IMG/VR virus record: IMGVR_UViG_3300035459_000118
Location: 34,972-98,971 of that record
Length of the DNA stretch: 64,000 nt
Direction: 5' to 3' (one strand)
Origin: a virus
Of this stretch, positions 55,955 to 64,000 are shown one piece after another (the stretch's first letter is position 1; the number at the start of each line of letters is the position of its first letter). The notes under the pieces are model-generated. The model ran no database searches, was not told the DNA's origin, and saw only the letters and a list, made by a program, of their open reading frames with translations. A program made the translations under genes and the position numbers.

Positions 55955-57115
55955 TTAACGATTTACGTATACCCCAAGAACCAGCGAATGAACGGCTCCT
56001 GCCTCCTTGATTGCAACATAAATCGGGGGAGACTTCCTTGCCTGCCGGTCTGCCGTGGACTGGTCTGCCAAAGATCCTGCTTGAACCAGATATCCCTTGG
56101 GAAGAGTGTCCCCATTCCGGAGGTTAAGGATGTCAACCCCAGTCCATTCTCCAGGAGCCAAGAAGCCGACCGACACAGCCTGTTCACAAGCCTGGTTGAT
56201 GGCATGGATTATCTGGGTGATTCCCGGATCCGTCTGGGGAACTTTCGGAGTCGAATTCAGAAGGTCCAGAACCGAAAGCTGGATGTTGTTGACCAGCATG
56301 TCCAGATTGATCTTTTCGTCAAAGAAGCTCCCGTCCGCCATGACGCCCTGCTCGAAGAACGAGTAGGAATCACCATACGAGAGGTAGACATTCCCGTTCT
56401 GATTTTCGATGTAACCAACCTGGGTAGTTGTCAGAGGCTCCGTAGAGATCCCGACTTCCTGCTTGAACTTGAGGGTAAAGGCCGACCCGGCGAGGCCGGT
56501 ATTCTGCCCACAGGCATATCCCATGATCGCGACTACCGCGTAGACATTATTGGGATATGCAACTGGAGACCCGCCCTGATCAGTCGAATACTGACCGATG
56601 GTCCGGCTGTAATCAAGACCCTTCAGGTATTCGAAGATGCCTGCCGGCGAAGGCGCAGCAGCTATGGCATCTGCATCATCCGTTGTAAAGGCGTAAATCG
56701 TCGAGGGAGCAGCAGCCTCGGCCCAAAGAGCGATTGCTTCATGATCAGCCTTTACTGCATTAAGACAAATCCCGATATACCAATCGAAACTTGCGTCACG
56801 ACAGGCTGTGATTGCAACCAAGCAAGATTCGGGAGTCCCCGTCAAATCCTGCCGGCCGACCCAGAGCCTTCTGGGAGACGGGCTCTGCGAAAAATAAATC
56901 AAGGCGGCAATGTACTCCGGGTCATCGACATCAAACCCGTCGTCGAGCATGTCTGCCGCAGCTTCATAAACCCTCACCCGCTCCGCTTTGGTAATGTTGA
57001 CGGTAGATCCGACAATCAAGAGCTCATTAAACGTCGCTCTTGGAGCGGCCAATGGAGATACCTCAACAGAGATATCAACAATTCGATCCAATGAAAGGGT
57101 ATTTGGTGTTGTCAT
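55955..57115 (-). CDS. Tail sheath protein (DUF3383-like)
   Basis: PEY.AA..YFSQ.P.P, FTLKFK...G, KVPQTD.G, RQARKSPPI...AGAVH. Confidence 0.9.
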   Translation of the reverse strand: MTTPNTLSLDRIVDISVEVSPLAAPRATFNELLIVGSTVNITKAERVRVYEAAADMLDDGFDVDDPEYIAALIYFSQSPSPRRLWVGRQDLTGTPESCLVAITACRDASFDWYIGICLNAVKADHEAIALWAEAAAPSTIYAFTTDDADAIAAAPSPAGIFEYLKGLDYSRTIGQYSTDQGGSPVAYPNNVYAVVAIMGYACGQNTGLAGSAFTLKFKQEVGISTEPLTTTQVGYIENQNGNVYLSYGDSYSFFEQGVMADGSFFDEKINLDMLVNNIQLSVLDLLNSTPKVPQTDPGITQIIHAINQACEQAVSVGFLAPGEWTGVDILNLRNGDTLPKGYLVQAGSLADQSTADRQARKSPPIYVAIKEAGAVHSLVLGVYVNR

Positions 57116-57143
57116 ATTCTTTTCCTCCCCATTTAAGTTCTGG

Positions 57144-58577
57144 CTACATCATAAATCCAACAACCTGAAGTGTATAATTGTAAGTGCCCGCCATATTGCC
57201 CACAATGGTTATCTTACCGTCATTTGATTTCACCCAGCCTTGAGCATAATTAGAAGACGTATTGGTTGGGGTATTCAATACCAAAATACCTCCAAACGTC
57301 AATATGGCAGTTGAAGTGGCGGTCGTATGCTTCCCCTTAACCAAGATCAGATACGCCGTAGCATCCCAGGGAATCAAACCTTGAGTCTCTCCCCGGACAT
57401 CTATCGTCTCCTGGAAAGATGTGACCGTGTCGTCAATGCAATGAGGCAGGGTCAAGGGCGGAATAAAAAAAGCATTGGGAACCGGCTTTGTAGATGCTCC
57501 CCAAGAGAGGTCCAACAACGTAGGGGCATATATAAGAGTAGGCACCGAATACATCGAATAAATCCCGATACTAAATGTTGTAGCAATATCAGGAACCTTT
57601 GCAGATATCTGTATCCGTTGCCATGTCCCCGCAGGACCCCAATACCAAGGACTGTCGTCCCACAAAGTTGCAGGAACCCCAGGACCTCCCGTTGTATATG
57701 GAACTTCTGCAGAAGTCCGAAGACGGGTACAGGTAATATACGGGGCATTAACCCAACAATGAAAATGGAAGACACGCCCCTTCCATCTATTGACCCAATT
57801 CGGATCACTGGGATCGTACGGGTATGTTAATGTTACGACATTTTCCCCTGCTTGGCTTCCAGGCTGTAAATATGCGCATTCCCTATACCCACCATAGGGA
57901 TCATTGCAGAAAACCTTTTTCACGTAATGGGTGACTGCTGCGGGGTCCGGACGTTTCCAGTACAAGAATCCTGTATAATTGCCCGTCCGGGAATCCGGAA
58001 CATCCGAAGACAATGTCGGAGCAACCCCTTTGAGAACAACATCCTTAAAGTAAAACGTGGAATTGGAAAGAAGATTACCAATCTTGACCACAATCGAATT
58101 CCAGCCCAAGGGAAGGAAAAAATCAACTGTTACTGGAGTCAGACCCGTCGCTATTGGGCTTGTCCCTCTTACCAATACGGAGACGGCACCGTCGGCTGGA
58201 TTACTTTCTATGGAATAATATACAGCAGGACCTCCGCCATCACGATAAAAGTTAAATGTCAGACGATTATACTGGCCTTGGGTCAATTTAGCTTGGGATG
58301 GAGATTGGAAGGTGATCCCATCTAAATTCATGCTGGCTAGCACGATTGTACTGGCCCAACTACCCACAAGAGGATCAATCCCCGCACCAGTAACAACCTT
58401 GTTCATATTCCCGTAAGACGAAACACTTTCCACGGAAAGCGTAGCATTGACTGCCGTCCAGGTCTCAGGGACAGACTCTGCTCCCCAGGCTACCATTGTA
58501 TCCGCAGCCTTCATGAAAAACCGACCGTTATCTTCTATCAAATTGACCGAAGATTGTTCCGTAATATCAATTAACAT
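57144..58577 (-). CDS. Accessory virion protein, beta-rich with carbohydrate-binding-like domains
   Basis: T/S/G/W-rich; FHCWV..GTWQRI.I pattern typical of galactose-binding-like folds. Confidence 0.5.
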   Translation of the reverse strand: MLIDITEQSSVNLIEDNGRFFMKAADTMVAWGAESVPETWTAVNATLSVESVSSYGNMNKVVTGAGIDPLVGSWASTIVLASMNLDGITFQSPSQAKLTQGQYNRLTFNFYRDGGGPAVYYSIESNPADGAVSVLVRGTSPIATGLTPVTVDFFLPLGWNSIVVKIGNLLSNSTFYFKDVVLKGVAPTLSSDVPDSRTGNYTGFLYWKRPDPAAVTHYVKKVFCNDPYGGYRECAYLQPGSQAGENVVTLTYPYDPSDPNWVNRWKGRVFHFHCWVNAPYITCTRLRTSAEVPYTTGGPGVPATLWDDSPWYWGPAGTWQRIQISAKVPDIATTFSIGIYSMYSVPTLIYAPTLLDLSWGASTKPVPNAFFIPPLTLPHCIDDTVTSFQETIDVRGETQGLIPWDATAYLILVKGKHTTATSTAILTFGGILVLNTPTNTSSNYAQGWVKSNDGKITIVGNMAGTYNYTLQVVGFMM

Positions 58578-58585
58578 AGTTTCAC

Positions 58586-58864
58586 CTACATCCTATACCA
58601 GGTTGAAAGACCATCGGATTCAAGGGTCACAGAAGAATATTGATTCACGAGAGAAATAGAAGGCTGGCCTTCTATGGTGTTTCCCTCTCCGGCAGAGATC
58701 GTTACCACGGTGTCGCTGGAATCAGACTTGGCGTACTTCAGTCTCCACGAGCCGGTGATCACTGGCAATACGATATCCGGAGTCAATGCCCCCGAGACAA
58801 AAGAAGTACTCCCAGCAAGCCGCAATGAAGCCTCTTCAAATTGCTGTAGGGTTTGAATTATCAT
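58586..58864 (-). CDS. Small structural/fibre-associated protein
   Basis: K.D.S...VTI...TIEG...L..QY.SVTL.SDG..W. Confidence 0.55.
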   Translation of the reverse strand: MIIQTLQQFEEASLRLAGSTSFVSGALTPDIVLPVITGSWRLKYAKSDSSDTVVTISAGEGNTIEGQPSISLVNQYSSVTLESDGLSTWYRM

Positions 58865-59449
58865 TTAATTTACCAATCCTTCTTCATTGTAAATAAGAAT
58901 TTCTGCACTTTCTATCGTAGATATGCCGAGATTCTTTTCTATCCCCTCATTGAATCTCAATTCCAAATCGACCCGCTCCCACCACTGGGAAGCAAACTGC
59001 TCTGGTGCCCTCCGAGGAGAGACGATATCTGGGATAAGATATATCTTTTCCTGAGTCAAAAGGAACCGATATGTATCCCGGAAAACGCCGTCCCTTACGG
59101 TCTGAGCGTTCTCAAAAGAGTTGGGGCCATAGAATATAAGGTTCAGACTGACGACCCTTGTATACGTCGTTTTCTCGTTTAAAACGAGATCGTCAACAGT
59201 ATCCGTGTTCTCAACTTCCCTCTGGCGGTTGACAGGATCATCGTCCTCTGCAACCTGTATGAATGCAATGTCCTCGGTAACCTTCCAAGAAGGAGCACCT
59301 CCGGTCGGCCAGTCCACCCGGACATGATAATAGTCGTCATTCGTAAAAGCAGCTGGGGACCCTGTTCTCGTATATCCAAGCATTTCCAAGACCATTTCTT
59401 GGAAAATGATATTTAACTCATTTAAAGTCTGGTTCGTGTCGGTTGGCAT
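58865..59449 (-). CDS. Tail completion/neck terminator protein
   Basis: VRV.WP..G.P, YGPN, WWER.D; synteny. Confidence 0.75.
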   Translation of the reverse strand: MPTDTNQTLNELNIIFQEMVLEMLGYTRTGSPAAFTNDDYYHVRVDWPTGGAPSWKVTEDIAFIQVAEDDDPVNRQREVENTDTVDDLVLNEKTTYTRVVSLNLIFYGPNSFENAQTVRDGVFRDTYRFLLTQEKIYLIPDIVSPRRAPEQFASQWWERVDLELRFNEGIEKNLGISTIESAEILIYNEEGLVN

Positions 59450-59452
59450 TTA

Positions 59453-60109
59453 CTATTCCTTTAAGGCCGATAATTTTGCTAATCTATTTCTTTTCTTTGC
59501 TTCTTCTATATGTTTAATATGTTCTTTCGTTTTAACTCTTCCTTTTAAAGCGATACTTTTCTTTTCTCTTGTTTCTTCAGATTCTTTATCTCCTAATCCC
59601 ATCCCTTTCATTGCAGCTTTTCTTTTATTTGAAACCTCCAATGAGTAAACATTCGTTTTTCCTTTATTCCAAGGAGACCGACCAGTTTTTATTCCCTTAA
59701 GAGGAGAAGGTTTGCCTTTATTTCCTGGAGGTCTTCCGTGTTTTATTCCTTTAGTCGAATAAGTTTTCCCTTTATTTTTACCTGTCATAATAATACTTCT
59801 TTTATTCTTTTCTTCTTGCGTTTGAATTCTTCCGCAACACCCTTCTCCTCCATCAGTAAGATTATAACCATTAGGATGTTTACAGTTTAATTCTTTAATC
59901 CAATATTTTTCTTTTTCATTCGCTACTTCTTTTAAACCCGCAATTCCAATAACTTTAATCTCAAAAGATTCAATTCCATATTTTCTAAGAGCAAAACCAA
60001 TATGTGTTTTTGCCTCCATATGTTCAGCAATCCGAGAATTTAAAAATCGAATTGTCTGGCCAATATAAATCTTACCATTGATTTTATTTCGAATCTTATA
60101 GATTATCAT
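59453..60109 (-). CDS. GIY-YIG homing endonuclease
   Basis: MIIYKIRNKINGKIYIG, GYNLTDGG, PWNKG and SEET repeats; AT-rich. Confidence 0.9.
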   Translation of the reverse strand: MIIYKIRNKINGKIYIGQTIRFLNSRIAEHMEAKTHIGFALRKYGIESFEIKVIGIAGLKEVANEKEKYWIKELNCKHPNGYNLTDGGEGCCGRIQTQEEKNKRSIIMTGKNKGKTYSTKGIKHGRPPGNKGKPSPLKGIKTGRSPWNKGKTNVYSLEVSNKRKAAMKGMGLGDKESEETREKKSIALKGRVKTKEHIKHIEEAKKRNRLAKLSALKE

Positions 60110-60477
60110 TATGCCCCTTCCAATCTCGCCCCTACAACAACACAAAAACCATAATCATCAAAAGATAATTTCTGAATAATTTTATACTGTTCATTGCGCC
60201 ATTCAATCCTATCACTTGTCCCGGGAACTCCGGAAGCATGAGTAACAAAAAGTTCTGTGGCCGAAGCGAATGTATGCATCCCCTGGACTCTATCTGCTTC
60301 CGGAACCTGCTCGATCTCTTTCGCAGAAGAAGGCCATGCAACCCCAACCATCTCGAAATATGCAGGGGAAGGAATATCCTCTATCCAACCGCCTTGCCCA
60401 AAATGACCGCTCGACCTGAAAACTTTCCAGGTTTGACGGAAATGAGGGTGAACAAGAACACGGCTGGGATTTATCAT
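60109..60477 (-). CDS. Head closure protein
   Basis: PEADR, SD.I.W...Y, YGF; synteny. Confidence 0.7.
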   Translation of the reverse strand: MINPSRVLVHPHFRQTWKVFRSSGHFGQGGWIEDIPSPAYFEMVGVAWPSSAKEIEQVPEADRVQGMHTFASATELFVTHASGVPGTSDRIEWRNEQYKIIQKLSFDDYGFCVVVGARLEGA

Positions 60478-61109
60478 TTGCCATCCTCCACGACGTAAAC
60501 TATGGACTTGAGCATTTGATTTGTGTCCATCAATGGGTGCATGCTGGACATCAATTCTTCCCTCTTTTGCTTTCGCAATGACCCCCGCTGAGACTTGTCA
60601 ATCCCAGCCATTTCAGCCTTGGATAACTGAAACCAAAGGTATCCCCTCCTCCGGCTCCGGGCAAGCAACGTCGCTCGTTTCAACGGAACAAACCCCTCTC
60701 CCTGACGAATGACGTTCCGGATAGAATTCTGAGCGATGAGTCCCGCCCGATGCAGGCGAGTATTCATCTCTTCTTTGTTGCCGGCAAGCATCGCCTGAGC
60801 AGCAGCCTTGAATTCTGTATTGATCCTACTCTGAGCCTTGGAAATCCCAGGCTTCATGAACGCACGCTTGGGAATGCCCTGTGCGGGAGACCCGTTATCG
60901 TGAACGTAGGCAAGCATTGCGTTGTTCACCCGGCCGAGAGGGTTCTTCTTGCGGTTCTCCCATTCCTCTGGAGTGAAACTACGAGACGACTTCTCACTAG
61001 GAACCCCCACGAGAACACGATTGTTGGAAAGAGCCTTCAGCTCCGTCATCAACCCTTCCAAGTCCAGCTTGGTCTTTGGGGAGGAAACTGTCACGCTTGC
61101 ACCGATCAT
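60474..61109 (-). CDS. Neck/virion morphogenesis protein
   Basis: VLVGVP, NA.LAY.H..GSP..IP.R.F, PL.DT.QM..SI.YVV. Confidence 0.8.
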   Translation of the reverse strand: MIGASVTVSSPKTKLDLEGLMTELKALSNNRVLVGVPSEKSSRSFTPEEWENRKKNPLGRVNNAMLAYVHDNGSPAQGIPKRAFMKPGISKAQSRINTEFKAAAQAMLAGNKEEMNTRLHRAGLIAQNSIRNVIRQGEGFVPLKRATLLARSRRRGYLWFQLSKAEMAGIDKSQRGSLRKQKREELMSSMHPLMDTNQMLKSIVYVVEDGK

Positions 61110-61498
61110 ACGACGAATCCTCCCATCCCAACAAGTTCCGAAAGCTGAAAAAACTGAACTCCGTATGTCGTCAAGTTCCAATTACCGGCATTCTGCATTG
61201 ACCCTGTCTGAGTATCAATACTTTCTGATATTGGCCCTGCCGACTGGGAGCTCTGGAGTCCCGTACCAGTACCCGGAACTCCACCACCTGTAGCGTTATT
61301 CTTGTCTTGTTTCGCTAAGGCAATCTTATGGGCCACGAAGAGCTGAAGCCCAAAAGTCCTCCTGTCTCCCCAACGACGAATGTTGAGCAGGGAATCACCT
61401 ACCTCTGCCCAAAAATTTATCGTCGCATCCGGATAGTCAGTCTCGCTGGCAAACTCCGGAAAATTGATGCGAAACGTAGCGAGAACAAAATCATCCAT
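61106..61498 (-). CDS. Head-tail adaptor (DUF4054-like)
   Basis: FR..FPEF...YPD, LFVAH, WNLTTYG.QF. Confidence 0.88.
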   Translation of the reverse strand: MDDFVLATFRINFPEFASETDYPDATINFWAEVGDSLLNIRRWGDRRTFGLQLFVAHKIALAKQDKNNATGGGVPGTGTGLQSSQSAGPISESIDTQTGSMQNAGNWNLTTYGVQFFQLSELVGMGGFVV

Positions 61499-61877
61499 CG
61501 GTCTTCTTGAACCTACCTGAAGGTTTCTTCTCTTTAACCGGACCAGCGGCCTTACCAAGATTGCTCTTGGCTTCGGCCACCTCTACAACCGTACTCTGCA
61601 CGGCTGTGACATAGTTGTCGGTGATAACCTGGCGCAAGGGCGGAGGAGGAACTCCCGAGGTAAGAATAGTCTCCTCCGGAGCCGCCTTCTCTACTTGGGT
61701 ATCTGTCTGAGCCGGAGCGTCTTTGATGAAGATATCGCCCTTCTTCAAAAGAGAGGCAATATACCAACCCTGAAGGTAGCGATCATCGATGATGTTTTCA
61801 CCTACCTTCAGGGTCGGACTTTTCAACCCGTTTCCGAGGCACAAAGGCCTCTTTGATGTTACGATCTTGGTCGCCAT
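61491..61877 (-). CDS. Hypothetical head-region protein
   Basis: AAGGAG RBS; position after the capsid gene. Confidence 0.6.
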   Translation of the reverse strand: MATKIVTSKRPLCLGNGLKSPTLKVGENIIDDRYLQGWYIASLLKKGDIFIKDAPAQTDTQVEKAAPEETILTSGVPPPPLRQVITDNYVTAVQSTVVEVAEAKSNLGKAAGPVKEKKPSGRFKKTDG

Positions 61878-61900
61878 GTGAAATCTCCTTTCTGGCTACC

Positions 61901-62674
61901 TTACTGAAGTATTATTGCTCTAGCAAATCGACTTATTGCATTTCCAATTCTCATTGCTAAAGCGTGATGTGGAGATTTTGGGACTCCTCTCCGTTGAGTA
62001 CTTTGTTTTATCCTTGTCTCTTCAGAAGCCTTTAACCCTCTCCTAGCCCTGTTTCTTTCTGCAAGATCAGGTCTTTTCTTTCCAGCCATAGGGTTTACAT
62101 ATCCCGGTTGAGAAGCAAATTCCTTCATTCTTTCAGAAAAAAGCTGAGCATCTGTTCTGGGTTTTCCTGTTTTGATTTTCCTGATTTTCTCTCGTGTTTC
62201 CAAGGAAACCGGAGGAAGTTTCTTTCCTCTCTTCTGCATATCAGACTGTTTCTTTTTCTCCGAATTCCTTAAGATTATAGAAATTTTATCTCTTGTTTCT
62301 TGAGAATGGGTATGCCCTTCGAAAGTAAAATCAGGGGGACGCTCAAGCTCCTTGACCTTCTTGGCAATACGGTCACGAACCTCTTGAACAGGATTAACCA
62401 ACCCATCGCCACCATCGGTTAGATTATACCCGCCAGGATGGCGGGTATTAAGTTTGGCAATGAAATACTTTTCCCAATAATTTAGTTCTTCTTTCCGATA
62501 AGCAAGCTGCTGAATATCAAATCCATCAAGACCATACTTACGCAAAGCCTTGCCGATATAAGAATCGTTTTTGAAATGACTATTCAGCCGAGAGGCAAAA
62601 GACTTACGAGCCAAACCAATATAGCTCTTGCCGTTCTGCTTATTGGTTAAAATATAAATTACTGGGAAATCCAT
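61901..62674 (-). CDS. GIY-YIG homing endonuclease
   Basis: VIYILTN..NGKSYIG, GYNLTDGG, HSQETR/SEETR repeats. Confidence 0.88.
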   Translation of the reverse strand: MDFPVIYILTNKQNGKSYIGLARKSFASRLNSHFKNDSYIGKALRKYGLDGFDIQQLAYRKEELNYWEKYFIAKLNTRHPGGYNLTDGGDGLVNPVQEVRDRIAKKVKELERPPDFTFEGHTHSQETRDKISIILRNSEKKKQSDMQKRGKKLPPVSLETREKIRKIKTGKPRTDAQLFSERMKEFASQPGYVNPMAGKKRPDLAERNRARRGLKASEETRIKQSTQRRGVPKSPHHALAMRIGNAISRFARAIILQ

Positions 62675-62708
62675 TGCAAAAACCTTTCTAACCATTCGGA
62701 ACTATTGA

Positions 62709-63689
62709 TCAAAGTCCGTCCGCATAGCGAATTACTTCTGGATAGACCAGCTCCAATACCCCCAATTTTCCGAAGTAAGTTACGCACTGGAACAGCGATC
62801 GGTATTCAAGGGGAGTCCTCTGGATCGGGACCAGCGGAAACCGCACCCGGTTCTTATCCTGCGTGTAGCAGACCATCCGGTCGGTAGCCGTCGAAGGAGA
62901 GCCAGCAGCTTCGCCACGCCCAACCAGCCACTTCAAAGGCTGAATGTCGAGCTCCTTGCCGTTCTTCTCCATGCAGATCGAATTCTTCTTCAGATACTGG
63001 AGGATGGAGATATTCCCGGCAGTGGACACCGTCTGGGTGACAATCCACCCGAACTGAAGCGGGGGGAGAAGGAGCTTGGTCGGGCAAACGGCATAGCCAG
63101 CCGCTGCCCAGGCAGCCGTCAGGAGAGCATTGACATCGCCGAGGATCTCTGCGGGTGTCTTGGAAGTCCACTCTCTGGAGGTTCCACCAGCATTGGAATC
63201 GACGAAGCCAGTGGTGACCTTGGCGGTGTTGTTGACCAGGCCGTAAACCCCAAGCCCGGAGTCTCCGATGTAGACCTGCTCGTCAACGTCCATGTTCCAC
63301 TTGAACTTCATACCCTGGTATTTCTGCTCGTCGATGGGACGGCCAACCTTCTGGGCCGAGAGGAGCTCCAGGATGGTATAGGCAACTTCCAGTCCCCACG
63401 GATAGAGGGCATTGGCCGTCTTGCCGATGTCAACTCCCATCCCCGGAATGGCATTGGAAACCTTGCCGATCCAGTTTTTGCCGGACGAATTGAGCCCACC
63501 AGCAGCCGCGAACGTGCTGTTCGTGAAAGACGACGTCTCGTCGACCATACTTACGTCTTCCCGCAGATCGATGTCGCGGTTCCACGTTACATCGACCAGG
63601 GGCATATGCAGGGTCTGATCGAGCCTCTCAAGTTCGCCGACGTAAAATGCGCCGGTTCCATCGAGTGTTTGCTTATCGAATGTGAACAT
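62709..63689 (-). CDS. Major capsid protein (DUF2184-like)
   Basis: ELERLD..L..PL, W.RDI.LREDV, GRPID.QK, D.QVYIGD, DRMV.Y, Y.DG. Confidence 0.92.
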   Translation of the reverse strand: MFTFDKQTLDGTGAFYVGELERLDQTLHMPLVDVTWNRDIDLREDVSMVDETSSFTNSTFAAAGGLNSSGKNWIGKVSNAIPGMGVDIGKTANALYPWGLEVAYTILELLSAQKVGRPIDEQKYQGMKFKWNMDVDEQVYIGDSGLGVYGLVNNTAKVTTGFVDSNAGGTSREWTSKTPAEILGDVNALLTAAWAAAGYAVCPTKLLLPPLQFGWIVTQTVSTAGNISILQYLKKNSICMEKNGKELDIQPLKWLVGRGEAAGSPSTATDRMVCYTQDKNRVRFPLVPIQRTPLEYRSLFQCVTYFGKLGVLELVYPEVIRYADGL

Positions 63690-63760
63690 ATCTTTTTCCT
63701 CCTTAAAGGGATCTTTGATTTTTATCCATTTCCAGGCCAAGCCCGAAATTCCATTGCCGC

Positions 63761-64000
63761 TTATGAGAAATTGTTGTGCATGTTGAACTCGATCTCCACG
63801 TTGCCGTTGCTGTCGCCGGTACCCATAAAGCGGCAGTTGATGATCTTCTCGTTATCCGTCGGAGAACCGGCCGAATCGACCTCAAGCCGACCCAGGTTTT
63901 CAGCAGGAGACCCTGCCTGGCTCCGGTAATAAACCGCTCCATCCTTCGCAGGAGTCCCTTCAAGGACCTGAACAGTCAGGTAGCCTCTGACCAGGACGTC
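63761..64000 (-). CDS. Capsid cement/decoration protein, C-terminal part (not in the ORF track)
   Basis: Open frame DVLVRGYLTV..G.VY.R..G..DSNGNVEIEFN..*, upstream of the major capsid gene. Confidence 0.75.
   Translation of the reverse strand, partial: DVLVRGYLTVQVLEGTPAKDGAVYYRSQAGSPAENLGRLEVDSAGSPTDNEKIINCRFMGTGDSNGNVEIEFNMHNNFS

Noticed and set aside
55988-57094. 368-aa + strand ORF
   Set aside because: Antisense shadow of the sheath gene caused by its codon bias; no motifs or RBS.
1-64000. Stop-codon reassignment
   Set aside because: Genes are full length in code 11, and TAA, TAG and TGA all end genes at coupled junctions.
1-64000. CRISPR array, integrase/att site, IS element, DGR
   Set aside because: No spaced repeats, recombinase, transposase or reverse transcriptase seen.

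Overview
This is a 64 kb slice of a large contractile-tailed phage (myovirus) genome, organised as two convergent arms that meet at about 36.9 kb. All family calls come from motif recognition by eye; no database search was run. The + arm (1-36.8 kb) covers replication, recombination and nucleotide metabolism: NAD ligase, a lambda-O-like initiator with internal iteron-like repeats, DnaB, sliding clamp and clamp loader, DnaE fused to uracil-DNA glycosylase, gp32/UvsX/UvsY, split SbcC with SbcD, ThyX, dNMP kinase, resolvase and a sigma-like factor. The - arm carries virion genes (cement, major capsid, neck, sheath, tube, tape measure, baseplate, fibre) followed directly by an 11-gene glycan synthesis/transfer cluster. 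Two candidate new systems stand out. (1) A translationally coupled DNA-hypermodification operon in which myo-inositol-1-phosphate synthase, an FkbM methyltransferase, an amino-acid:DNA-transferase homologue and a CX5R-phosphatase/P-loop-kinase fusion run straight into the polymerase; the last two enzymes end in putative clamp-binding tails, suggesting inositol-decorated DNA made at the fork. (2) A soluble virion-glycosylation cluster matched by a recurrent G-S-P motif in capsid, cement, neck, sheath and baseplate proteins. Also notable are a tRNA-shaped RNA with a protein-coding ORF in place of its anticodon arm, a highly structured leader before the initiator gene, a six-copy phage promoter motif, and a homing endonuclease that replaced the 3' end of dnaE.
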